64,000 nucleotides of DNA from IMG/VR virus record IMGVR_UViG_3300032272_000002, positions 64,001 to 128,000 of that record; one strand, written 5' to 3'. Positions 38,957 through 48,001 of this stretch are shown here, piece by piece. How positions within the stretch are numbered: position 1 is the first letter of the stretch; each line of letters starts with the position of its first letter. This stretch comes from a virus. Below the pieces are notes generated by a model, which was not told the origin of the DNA, made no database searches, and saw only the letters and a program-made list of their open reading frames with translations. Both the position numbers and the translations under genes were made by a program.

Positions 38957-39830
38957 GAGGAAATAATGTTTGGAGGATCGTCTCGCAACGACTCTCATAA
39001 GTATGATGACCTAAAATCAGATTTTGTCCAAGTGCTCTTTGACTTTCTTCTAATGTTTTAATATCTTCACTACCTTGAATGATATCATCTATCGTGCGAT
39101 AAGGAATATGATTACAGACATGCATCAGGCCCGCCTGCATATTAATCTCTAAGTCTCTCGCCTCGGTCATCACAATAGCACCAGCAGCCTGAGCCTCCCA
39201 GTAACGCATGTTCAATAGGCCAGCACCCTGATCGGGATTTTGATTAATCACAACCTTAGCCTTAGCTAACGCATCGATATACTGTTCGCGGAATAAACCA
39301 CTAATAAGTTCTAATCTAATTCCTTTCTTAGAAAGAGATTTGGAAAGGGATACGCGATCTGGGCGAGAGGTTCCTGGTAGAACAAAGTCATACTCTTTTT
39401 CCACGCCGTGACGTACGTGAAGCTCGGCATCTACAGCATAAGGTAGATAGGTGCTATTGGGAAACTTGTCTAGGTCCAGTGGGTTGGCGATGAATTGGTG
39501 CTCGAACTGGAAGAAGTTGTTAAAGCCCGTTAAATGATCCTGGTAATAAGATGTATCAAATAACCAGCACGCAGTTTTGCGAGCCTTCACCACCTTGAAG
39601 CCGCCGTATGCCGGATCGGCATCGTTGCACTCCATGTAGAGAGCCAGGTCATACTCGTGCTCACGCACAGAAGCCGTGGGATCTACCTGTTCCATCCAGG
39701 TATCCGTCTGGTAGTAATTACCATAAGGAGTCACGTCGTGGCCCAAGTTGCGAAACGCTTTGACTACGAGGTCCCCCGTGGCCCACTCGGGGCTTTGGGG
39801 GATACCTCTATATGCTACTAGTATTTTCAT
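38946..39830 (-). CDS. CgeB-like GT-B glycosyltransferase
   Basis: LPYAVD, AKVVIN, LNMRYWEA, HTYESR. Confidence 0.8.
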   Translation of the reverse strand: MKILVAYRGIPQSPEWATGDLVVKAFRNLGHDVTPYGNYYQTDTWMEQVDPTASVREHEYDLALYMECNDADPAYGGFKVVKARKTACWLFDTSYYQDHLTGFNNFFQFEHQFIANPLDLDKFPNSTYLPYAVDAELHVRHGVEKEYDFVLPGTSRPDRVSLSKSLSKKGIRLELISGLFREQYIDALAKAKVVINQNPDQGAGLLNMRYWEAQAAGAIVMTEARDLEINMQAGLMHVCNHIPYRTIDDIIQGSEDIKTLEESQRALGQNLILGHHTYESRCETILQTLFPHEA

Positions 39831-41305
39831 TTTCTGCGTCTAAATCTAATGCTACGCACAACACGCTTGATGCGAGTAGCAACCCAGGTTACGATAGTGG
39901 GCTTGTCGCCTGGAATCATAGCCAGCAAGGCTTGCATCTTGATGCCGTCCTCGTCTTGATATTCAGATGCTCCCCACGAACCGAAGTTATTGCGTTGGTC
40001 GCTGATATCATTAAAGTGATGGAAGATAGCAACACCACGATTGGATAGCTCTTGCAGATATGTATCGTACAAATCACGCATGCGAGAATCAAACTGTGCA
40101 TTCCACGCGGCCACATTCCAGGTTTGCTTAGGAATAATGCCTTGCCCGCCCTCGTAAGTTACTAGGGTCATGCCGTTCTCGGTCGCGAGCGTCTTCTGGG
40201 CAGACACGTTGCCTAAGATGAAAGGCAGTGCATCTTCGGTGTCGTCTAGAATTTGACTAGTTGTAGTGGTAGAGTCATAATTCCTAGAGACAGGGCGGCG
40301 AGGAGCGAAGTAGGGGGCAATAGCCAGCTCTTCACCCTCTAGACCAGTCGCCAAAAGCTTCTCGGTATAGCCGGGGTTATTGCTGTGAGTACCAATCACT
40401 TTGATAAGACGATCAGTCTGTCCTTCGAATACTTCATCCCAAATAGCCCAGTTACGTTCGTGTTCTTCTTTGGCTACTTGATATGTGCTGATACCACGAT
40501 TTACGGCCTCTTGCTGTACCCAATTGTAAACAATAAACTGACTATTCCAAAACTCATTAGACCACTCTAGGCGAATCTTACGCTCAGGGTCTAGCGTGTC
40601 TCGGACGATGGTGGCGAACAGTCTCACGTATTCTTCATCGAATAGATGGTACATAGAAAACCAGGGATCTACCTTGGCTCTATTACTAAGCTGAACCATA
40701 AATTCAATAGCCACACCGTCGCTGCCCTGCGGTAACGCCTTGCCCGTGCCTGTGCCATATTGCCTAATGCTTTGAGGAGTGTGTCGCCCCTCCACGGTAG
40801 GAGTTGACGTGCTATTGTTTACGCCCTGCCAGTCCATGAAACGCACATGTCCAAAACGCTTAACGTGATCTATGAACGGCTGTTGAAACGAGCCGCGAAA
40901 TAGTTCACTCAGGGGTGAGATATGAATGTTACCAATAGGATTAGAGACATCAGAGTTTTCAATAACAACTCCTAAGGAGCCCATAGTGGGATCTACCTCT
41001 AGTAGAATCAAGCCAGGGTTGCTAGAGACAACGGTGGCCGCTCGCGAGAAGCTCAAGTCACCCTGTCCAGTATAGGATACAAAATATGACCCGCCAGGAT
41101 AATGGCCGTTAGAGTTTACGAACATGCTCGTTGTTACCGCATCGTCCGTGATCTGTGAGAAGTCTGGGTAGCCATCGGGGAGCAACGGTACTGGGGCGTT
41201 GCGATCACCTACAAATTGCCAATCGCGAGACATCTGAAATACGTTTGAAAAGGCCCAAGCACGCGAAAAATATACGGGTGCAGCCAGATTGATTCCGATC
41301 TTCAT
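39827..41305 (-). CDS. glycoside-hydrolase-like ('cellulose-binding protein' type) TIM-barrel protein
   Basis: GINL, RFMDW, DPW, EWSNEFWN, IAPYF, YEGGQ, GSWG; highly basic C-terminal tail. Confidence 0.65.
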   Translation of the reverse strand: MKIGINLAAPVYFSRAWAFSNVFQMSRDWQFVGDRNAPVPLLPDGYPDFSQITDDAVTTSMFVNSNGHYPGGSYFVSYTGQGDLSFSRAATVVSSNPGLILLEVDPTMGSLGVVIENSDVSNPIGNIHISPLSELFRGSFQQPFIDHVKRFGHVRFMDWQGVNNSTSTPTVEGRHTPQSIRQYGTGTGKALPQGSDGVAIEFMVQLSNRAKVDPWFSMYHLFDEEYVRLFATIVRDTLDPERKIRLEWSNEFWNSQFIVYNWVQQEAVNRGISTYQVAKEEHERNWAIWDEVFEGQTDRLIKVIGTHSNNPGYTEKLLATGLEGEELAIAPYFAPRRPVSRNYDSTTTTSQILDDTEDALPFILGNVSAQKTLATENGMTLVTYEGGQGIIPKQTWNVAAWNAQFDSRMRDLYDTYLQELSNRGVAIFHHFNDISDQRNNFGSWGASEYQDEDGIKMQALLAMIPGDKPTIVTWVATRIKRVVRSIRFRRRK

Positions 41306-41312
41306 TAATAGT

Positions 41313-42374
41313 TTACTTTCCTGCACCGTGCGGGGTGCCTTCGTAACGACCAGCAGCCGTTACCTCAACCCACTCGGCCCGCTGACGAATCTGCTCGATG
41401 CTATTGGCACCACAGTATGTCATACCAGACCGAATGCCGCCCATGATGTCGCTCAATACGTTGGCGACTGGGCCTTTACATTTGATTTTAATTTCTACAC
41501 CTTCAGCGGTCTTCCAATCTGTCAGACCGCCCAAGAAATCATCAGCAGCTTCTTTGCTGGCCATACCACGGAACACTTTATAATTAGTGCGGATTGCATT
41601 AGCGGGCCACGGATCCGTATTCACCTCTTCAATCACTTCTCCCGGCGTCTCGTTTGTTCCAGCCAACATGCCGCCCAACATGATCGCATCTGCCCCAGCG
41701 GCAAACGCTTTAACCGCATCACCAGGAGTTTTGATACCACCATCTGCAATCAAGAACACGTTCGCCTTACGACACTCGCGAATCGCAGTGAATTGCGGTA
41801 CACCAAAGCCAGTCTTAATACGTGTGGAGCACACGCTACCAGGACCCACGCCAACCTTGATAGCATCAGCTCCCTTATCGGCGAGGTATTCAGCACCAGT
41901 AGCATGACACACGTTACCGCCGATGATGAATACCGAGCTGTCAAACTCTTTCATCGCCGTAATCATATGCCCCACCGGCTTACTGTGGCCGTGAGCCACA
42001 TCCACGCAGAAATACCTGGCACCCACTTCGTAAAGTGCATGAAAACGATCAAGCCCTTCATTGACACCAAGTGATACCACGGCTTCTTGACGCATCGGAC
42101 GCTCGTTAGGAATAACGCGGTGAGGAGCCACGGCCTCCTCATACATAGTTACATTATCTTCAATAGAACAAAAGCGATGCAGAAAGCCCAGGCCACCCCT
42201 TGCTCGCATCGTGCGGGACATGATGGAGCCTGTCACCGTGTCCATATTAGCTGAAAAAATTGGAGCAGCCAACGTAAGGTCTCCAAACTGAACACTAGTG
42301 TTCACGTCTTTGCGGCTCGCAATATTATTGTATCGCGGGACTAGCTGGATATCGTCGAAGGATAGGGCTTTCAT
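41313..42374 (-). CDS. guaC: IMPDH/GMP reductase family enzyme (GMP reductase-like, no CBS domains)
   Basis: SANMDTV, DVAHG, GVGPGSVCSTR, ADGG, FRGMAS, AEG; lacks the IMPDH flap RY dyad. Confidence 0.75.
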   Translation of the reverse strand: MKALSFDDIQLVPRYNNIASRKDVNTSVQFGDLTLAAPIFSANMDTVTGSIMSRTMRARGGLGFLHRFCSIEDNVTMYEEAVAPHRVIPNERPMRQEAVVSLGVNEGLDRFHALYEVGARYFCVDVAHGHSKPVGHMITAMKEFDSSVFIIGGNVCHATGAEYLADKGADAIKVGVGPGSVCSTRIKTGFGVPQFTAIRECRKANVFLIADGGIKTPGDAVKAFAAGADAIMLGGMLAGTNETPGEVIEEVNTDPWPANAIRTNYKVFRGMASKEAADDFLGGLTDWKTAEGVEIKIKCKGPVANVLSDIMGGIRSGMTYCGANSIEQIRQRAEWVEVTAAGRYEGTPHGAGK

Positions 42375-43069
42375 TTGCGTCTCATCAAATACTCAGCCAA
42401 CGGCTGAATGTGGTCTTGCGGCGTACTGCCGTCTGCTTCGAATACTTGGCCAACAAAATTGCAGCCATCCCGCTCGGTAGGGAACGGAAGCCTGTGTGAT
42501 TCAAGTGCAAAAAACTCATCGTGGACCATCGCGTCGTCAACGACGCGAGGATATACTACTGCTTTGAGAAAATCTTGATCTGTCTGCCAACGATCTTCCT
42601 GATTCCAAGCAGACATAAGGTCTCTAAAAATAGGCAGACAATCTTTCTTCATGCCCCACATACCACCAAGGATCTGAGTCCCGTGATAAGGGTGGTCACG
42701 CATAATATGAAAGCCTTTATCGCTATCGAGCCATTCTTGAACGGCTAGTGCTTCCCGCTCACTAAGGCGTGAATCGGTATCACGCAGAATCACGGCATCA
42801 AACTTGTTCTGACACACTGGCAAGAAACGCCAAAACATTCCACGCCAATCTCCGCGAGCTTCCATTGAGATAATACGAGACAACTCATTTACCTCTCGGA
42901 TCTGTTGCAAGTACGGCTCTAGTACGGGAGTTTCTTCACAGTGACCAGAGACGTGAAACCAACACTCCCAGTCAGGATAAAACTCTTTAGCAAGACGAGC
43001 GTTCTCAACCGCCCCCTGCAAGTATTTGGGATCATCGCCCCAGAAGCTAAAGCTAATTATCTTCTTCAT
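42371..43069 (-). CDS. putative GT-A glycosyltransferase
   Basis: ISFSFWG..PKY, MFWRFL, DxD motif RDTDSR, MRDHPYH, DQDFL; glycan-island context. Confidence 0.6.
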   Translation of the reverse strand: MKKIISFSFWGDDPKYLQGAVENARLAKEFYPDWECWFHVSGHCEETPVLEPYLQQIREVNELSRIISMEARGDWRGMFWRFLPVCQNKFDAVILRDTDSRLSEREALAVQEWLDSDKGFHIMRDHPYHGTQILGGMWGMKKDCLPIFRDLMSAWNQEDRWQTDQDFLKAVVYPRVVDDAMVHDEFFALESHRLPFPTERDGCNFVGQVFEADGSTPQDHIQPLAEYLMRRK

Positions 43070-44171
43070 CTAAAATCCACTGATACATACTGCCTAATTT
43101 ACTAGCAATACAAGAAGCTTCAAAATCACGCATGGCACGGCGGCGGGCCTCGCGGCCAAAGTGCTCTCGTACATTGGCGTGTTCTACTAACTGACCTAGC
43201 ACCTTAGCGTAACCATCAGTATCGCCCACGGGGACACAGAAGCCGCCCGACTCGATGATCTCTGCTTGACCATTGTAGGTGCCAGAGTAATGTGAGACAA
43301 TAGGAAGGCCGTGCATCATGGCCTCTTGAATATTACAGGGACAACACTCGCCATCGCTACGGGCGTGAGCATAGATGTCCAGGCCCATGTAGAATTCGGA
43401 CAGCTCGTCGTCCTCAATGATGGGGCCCAGGAAGTGGACATTATCTAATCTCAAATTCTTGGCCATCTGACGCCAGTTGTCACAAGGGTTAACTACAAGG
43501 TAAAATGCCTTGTCCGAATCAACCTTCTTGAGAGCCTGGAGGGCGATAGGATCAAAGTTGTCAGCTCTACCTACGCGGCCCATAATCACAGCATCATTAG
43601 GCATACCGAAACGACGCAATAGCTTCTCTCTACATGCTAAACGATTCTCTGGTGTCATATCTAGCACTGGTAATTCAATAGGATTAAAGAGGACGGGGCC
43701 TTCTTGGTTGCCAGCCTTGAGTGCTGAGTTCTTGATAAATTCAGAAATATAGATATTCAAATCAATCTGGCTGGGATTGGTTGCGTCGTTAAAGCCAAAG
43801 ATGTTGGTCTCTACCCACTTCGCTCGCGGACAGATACTACGTACCGCTGGCCATTCCGCAAACCCGCTACGATGAACGTGAATGATGTCTGGATCAATAT
43901 CTTCTAATACTTGATCTAGGTTGTGGGCTTCAGGCAGATAGGGTGCGACCTTACCTGAGCGACCTGGCACCCACTTGTAAGGAATAACGTGATCCTCTCC
44001 TAGCCAACCCTGGACAATCTCTAGACGCTCGTTCTTGTCGCATTCTCTATAAACGATATATACGTCAAACCTATCGTCTTGGGCGAGGTACTTACACATG
44101 AGCTGGGCCGTTCTGTCTGTGCCAGCAAAGCCCACGCTTTTACTATGATGTACAATTTTGATCTTATCCAC
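43053..44171 (-). CDS. glycosyltransferase family 4 (GT-B)
   Basis: GRVGR, DIYAHARSDGE...EAMMHGLP. Confidence 0.88.
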   Translation of the reverse strand: MDKIKIVHHSKSVGFAGTDRTAQLMCKYLAQDDRFDVYIVYRECDKNERLEIVQGWLGEDHVIPYKWVPGRSGKVAPYLPEAHNLDQVLEDIDPDIIHVHRSGFAEWPAVRSICPRAKWVETNIFGFNDATNPSQIDLNIYISEFIKNSALKAGNQEGPVLFNPIELPVLDMTPENRLACREKLLRRFGMPNDAVIMGRVGRADNFDPIALQALKKVDSDKAFYLVVNPCDNWRQMAKNLRLDNVHFLGPIIEDDELSEFYMGLDIYAHARSDGECCPCNIQEAMMHGLPIVSHYSGTYNGQAEIIESGGFCVPVGDTDGYAKVLGQLVEHANVREHFGREARRRAMRDFEASCIASKLGSMYQWILDEEDN

Positions 44172-45246
44172 TTACTACCTCTCGATAAATGCTCTCTAAT
44201 TTTTTAACGCAAGCAGAGACGTGGTATTGCTCTTTGGCCTTACGCACACCCTCTACCCCCATACTGACACGGAGAGCTGGGTCGTCAATGAGTTTCTTGA
44301 GTGCTTCTGCGTATTCGCTTACGTCGTTCTCGACAATAAAACCTGTCTTGTCATGGTCTACTAATTGAGTCTGTGACTGAAAAACTCCCATGCCGGGAAA
44401 GCTCGGCGTAGCCCAATGTGTCACGACTGGTTTAGCATGAATCATGGCCTCAGCAATGTTAACCCCAAACGTCTCTCCGTCCGCTCGTGCGTGTGCATAG
44501 ATATCTACCGTATTGTAGAATTGACTAAGTACTGACGCAGTAGTGGTCGGGGAAATAGTGTGAAAAGGGATATCATACTTAGCAAGGTCATCGATCATGT
44601 TGGACGGCGGGGCCACCACTAAGAAATGAATCGGGTACCCCTGCATTCTGAGTAGATGAGCAGCACGCACGCTGACCGAATTATAGATACCATTGTCGGG
44701 GCGGCCACAACGACCAAGAACAATGGCGTCATCAGGAATGTCTAGTCCAAGCATCACTTGAGATGCGGGATCCTCCACGGGGTTATTCACAAAGTCAAAG
44801 CGTCTGGCGGGCATGTTATGTCCGACACCGTTTAATTGAGATAGAGAATAATTCATTAGCCACTCGCTCATATATAGCGTGCGGTCAATCCTGGGGTTAG
44901 GGTCGATGTGCCCGAACACATTTGTCTCTACAAAGTGCGGGACCTGAACGTGGAGACCGGGCTCGGGAAACTGCTCGAAGCCGCTGCGGTAGACATGCAG
45001 AATATCAAATCCATTCTGGTAAATAACGTCCTGTAGATCGGCACTGCTCTGTAGGGGGAACAGGCTGCCGCGACACACTTTGGACGCCATAACGAACTCG
45101 TCGAGCCGCGTCATGTCTGCGTCGGCCTTATACGCTACGCCAACCTCGAACTGGGTAGAGGAAGAGTGCTCAAAGAATAGCTGAGCAGTCTTAGTCGTAC
45201 CGCCAAGATCTAGGTTGTCTAGGTAGTGTAGTACCTTGATTTTCAT
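44164..45246 (-). CDS. glycosyltransferase family 4 (paralog of the neighbouring gene)
   Basis: LGGT, HVYRSG, VETNVFG, GETFGVNIAEAM. Confidence 0.88.
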   Translation of the reverse strand: MKIKVLHYLDNLDLGGTTKTAQLFFEHSSSTQFEVGVAYKADADMTRLDEFVMASKVCRGSLFPLQSSADLQDVIYQNGFDILHVYRSGFEQFPEPGLHVQVPHFVETNVFGHIDPNPRIDRTLYMSEWLMNYSLSQLNGVGHNMPARRFDFVNNPVEDPASQVMLGLDIPDDAIVLGRCGRPDNGIYNSVSVRAAHLLRMQGYPIHFLVVAPPSNMIDDLAKYDIPFHTISPTTTASVLSQFYNTVDIYAHARADGETFGVNIAEAMIHAKPVVTHWATPSFPGMGVFQSQTQLVDHDKTGFIVENDVSEYAEALKKLIDDPALRVSMGVEGVRKAKEQYHVSACVKKLESIYREVVSG

Positions 45247-46076
45247 TTCCATTTCTTTCCTGTGTGCATATGTGCTACCCACTCATCCTTAGATGGCCTC
45301 TCATCAAACTCTTTGAACTCTTTAGCATGCTTAAGATGATTCAGGAAATTGTGAGGATAAAACTCTGAGATGGACGAGTAGGTCTCCCAGTTGTTGGCCC
45401 ACTTATTGCTGTTCTCGATGGAATCAGGACGCTGCACATAGATCGTTAAGATCTCCTGCACTGATAAGCCCTCGTACCCCTGGTTCATAAAGTAAAGCCA
45501 GAGCCAGTAGTCAAATGCGGAACGATACTCGGCTGCACGCACATGCATCAGCTCCCAGTTGAGTGAGTCGCGGAACTCTTGGTCGTTACGCCACACCACC
45601 TGTGGGCCGCCCCAGCACTCACGAGTCATTACCTCGTAATCCCAGGCGGGCTTGATGCCACCGGCCACGGTCTTACCGGACTCGTCCACAACGTGGATGC
45701 CACCGTAGGCAAAACCCAGCTTACCGAGAAGCTCAACATTCCGCTGCTCGAACTGTTCGCTCATAACCTCTGTGAAGCGAGGATAGTGTAAGTCGTCTGT
45801 ATTGCTATTACATACTAAGGGTGCGGACGCCGCCTTCCACGCACGCAGCCAAGATTCACCATACCACTCACGTTCGTTGTGATATATGTACTTGACACGC
45901 TCGTCGGCTGCTTCCCACTTACGGGCGATCATGTCGTCCGTGCCTGGTGAGTTAGGGTTAACGATTATGATCTCAAAATTGGGATCAGTCTGACCCTCTA
46001 GTAAATTGGTCATATGACGATCAAGGAAATGACCGGAATCATATGTAGAAACTAGGTAAGAAATTTTAGGGTTCAT
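45243..46076 (-). CDS. glycosyltransferase family 2
   Basis: ISYLVSTY, FEIIIV, NSNTDD, DY.LWL. Confidence 0.8.
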   Translation of the reverse strand: MNPKISYLVSTYDSGHFLDRHMTNLLEGQTDPNFEIIIVNPNSPGTDDMIARKWEAADERVKYIYHNEREWYGESWLRAWKAASAPLVCNSNTDDLHYPRFTEVMSEQFEQRNVELLGKLGFAYGGIHVVDESGKTVAGGIKPAWDYEVMTRECWGGPQVVWRNDQEFRDSLNWELMHVRAAEYRSAFDYWLWLYFMNQGYEGLSVQEILTIYVQRPDSIENSNKWANNWETYSSISEFYPHNFLNHLKHAKEFKEFDERPSKDEWVAHMHTGKKWK

Positions 46077-47092
46077 ACTTCTACGCCGTTATGATAAGTA
46101 TTCATAAACGGCTGTGACTGCTTCGTCATGCAGAGATAGATATTGCCATAGTCCTGCTCTGCTAGCACTTGCTTGTAGAACGGATCTTCTGACCATAGCT
46201 CCTCATTGGGATAGTGGGTTGACGGCACATTTGCAATCGGGTGACCACTCATGATTTCAGGATGCTCTCCATCAAAGAATAGCAGCGGCTCAGTCTTGGC
46301 GAACCAGTCCTTGATCTTCTGATCGAACTTGGCATTAGCCCCACCGTGAGCTGCTAGCTCTTTGGTGTAGTATTCCTGCTTACGCTTCATGACTTCATCC
46401 ATATTCATACGGGCATAGCCATAGTGGTAGATGAACATGGGGACACGCATCATGCCACGACGTGATTGATAGTGTGGCGAGAAGTAAGTACAGTGACCTG
46501 TCTCGTCGGTTACGACGGGGTGACTATTATACTTCATATTGCGACCACGCTTGAAGATGCGTTGATGCTGCGGCTGCCACTCAGGGCCAGGCACGGCAAC
46601 GTGCTTGAAGTCGCGATAGAAGTGCAGGAACGTCGGCACGAACTCGCAGATATGCGGGTGCAACTCAATAGCTTCCCTCAGCCTGCGAATATCAGCAGGC
46701 TGATAGAATTCGTCCGCATCATTGATGATTAGCCAGTCACCGGGGAATGACATATCAATGAACGTTTGCTTGATCTCTTCCAAGTTCTTCCAGGGCTTCT
46801 TGATCTGGAGAAAGACAACCTTCTTGTCGGGGTCGTGGTTCTCTTTGAAGTCCTTGATAATATCCACGGTCTTATCTGTCGAGTGGCCATCCTCTGTCGA
46901 GTTCGGTCGGTTCTCCACGGCACCCTCGATTACGATGATACGATCTACCTCGTCATAGATGGAGCGTAGCACAAGCGGGGCGAACTCCTCCTCGTTGTGC
47001 ATCTGAATACACTGGACAAGACGGGCGGGATTATTGACACGCTCAGCGATGGAGGCCATCTGCGGTACATAGATAGGCTGTTGTTGGTTCAT
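46073..47092 (-). CDS. glycosyltransferase family 2-like
   Basis: HNEE, STDKT, DADEF, HYGY. Confidence 0.8.
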   Translation of the reverse strand: MNQQQPIYVPQMASIAERVNNPARLVQCIQMHNEEEFAPLVLRSIYDEVDRIIVIEGAVENRPNSTEDGHSTDKTVDIIKDFKENHDPDKKVVFLQIKKPWKNLEEIKQTFIDMSFPGDWLIINDADEFYQPADIRRLREAIELHPHICEFVPTFLHFYRDFKHVAVPGPEWQPQHQRIFKRGRNMKYNSHPVVTDETGHCTYFSPHYQSRRGMMRVPMFIYHYGYARMNMDEVMKRKQEYYTKELAAHGGANAKFDQKIKDWFAKTEPLLFFDGEHPEIMSGHPIANVPSTHYPNEELWSEDPFYKQVLAEQDYGNIYLCMTKQSQPFMNTYHNGVEV

Positions 47093-47499
47093 AGTGCTCC
47101 TCCTAAATCGAAGCTATTTGTTACGGGTTCTGGCTCAGGAATTTCTGGCTTAATATATGTACTAAGGGTCTTAACATCATCGGGAACGGTGTCGGTATAA
47201 CACGTAATGTCAAGACTAATATCATGGTCTACCGAAATGAGAACAGGTTGCATCTGACCAATAACTTGTTGCGTAACGTGATTCATAGAACAATGAATAT
47301 CTAGCTTGGTGATCTGCATTCCATTGTTTGATAAGTACTCAATGATTCGATCCTTATCTAGCTCGGCGTTATCAAGACCGTGAGCTTGAATGTCTGAAGT
47401 CGGACATTGGTCTACTGCCATACTAACGCTCTCGCTAGTTATGGCATAACCAAGATTGTTTAGTAACACGTCAACAGTCTCCGGTAAAAGATTACTCAC
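47089..47499 (-). CDS. hypothetical protein with C-terminal FxLxGAL tag
   Basis: ends PEPVTNSFDLGGAL*. Confidence 0.75.
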   Translation of the reverse strand: MSNLLPETVDVLLNNLGYAITSESVSMAVDQCPTSDIQAHGLDNAELDKDRIIEYLSNNGMQITKLDIHCSMNHVTQQVIGQMQPVLISVDHDISLDITCYTDTVPDDVKTLSTYIKPEIPEPEPVTNSFDLGGAL

Positions 47500-47882
47500 A
47501 GTGCTCCACCGATTTCAAAGTCGTCATCCTCTTCTTCTACTTCGATAGAAGGCAGATCAATTCCGTGTCCGATTAACTTCCAGACACCGCCCTCAAACCG
47601 TTCAATCGTATTGGCTTCTTCATTGAATCGAAGAGCACCCTCGAATTCAAGACCATCAATCTGAATAATACCAGGAGTATTGATAGTGATACCAGTAGAT
47701 GCTGGAAAAACAAATGGCGGCTGATTCAAAGGGTCAGGCGGGGGCCACTGAAAGCTATTAGGATCACCGCCAGTATTGTCTACGTATCTCCACTCAGGAT
47801 TAACTCCCGTGCCGTCATGAAACGGCACGTCTTGCGGGTCTCCCGCTGAAAAACTCACGCTATTAGAATAGCTTACACTCAT
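47496..47882 (-). CDS. hypothetical protein with C-terminal FxIxGAL tag
   Basis: ends EEEDDDFEIGGAL*; contains GALRFN...E.FEGGVW, a short virion-fibre-like motif. Confidence 0.75.
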   Translation of the reverse strand: MSVSYSNSVSFSAGDPQDVPFHDGTGVNPEWRYVDNTGGDPNSFQWPPPDPLNQPPFVFPASTGITINTPGIIQIDGLEFEGALRFNEEANTIERFEGGVWKLIGHGIDLPSIEVEEEDDDFEIGGAL

Positions 47883-48001
47883 AATGCTCCCCTTAAAGTA
47901 AAGACTTCTTCTTCTTCTGGAAGTTCCTCCATCAAGTCTTCAAAGCAACACTTGTTAAGTAACTTAGAAAACTCTAGCATAGATTCAGACGCCTGCTCCA
48001 T
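47879..48001 (-). CDS. small hypothetical protein with C-terminal FxLxGAL tag
   Basis: ends PEEEEVFTLRGAL*; start at ATG 48001 (40 aa) or ATG 48097 (72 aa, long overlap). Confidence 0.65.
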   Translation of the reverse strand: MEQASESMLEFSKLLNKCCFEDLMEELPEEEEVFTLRGAL

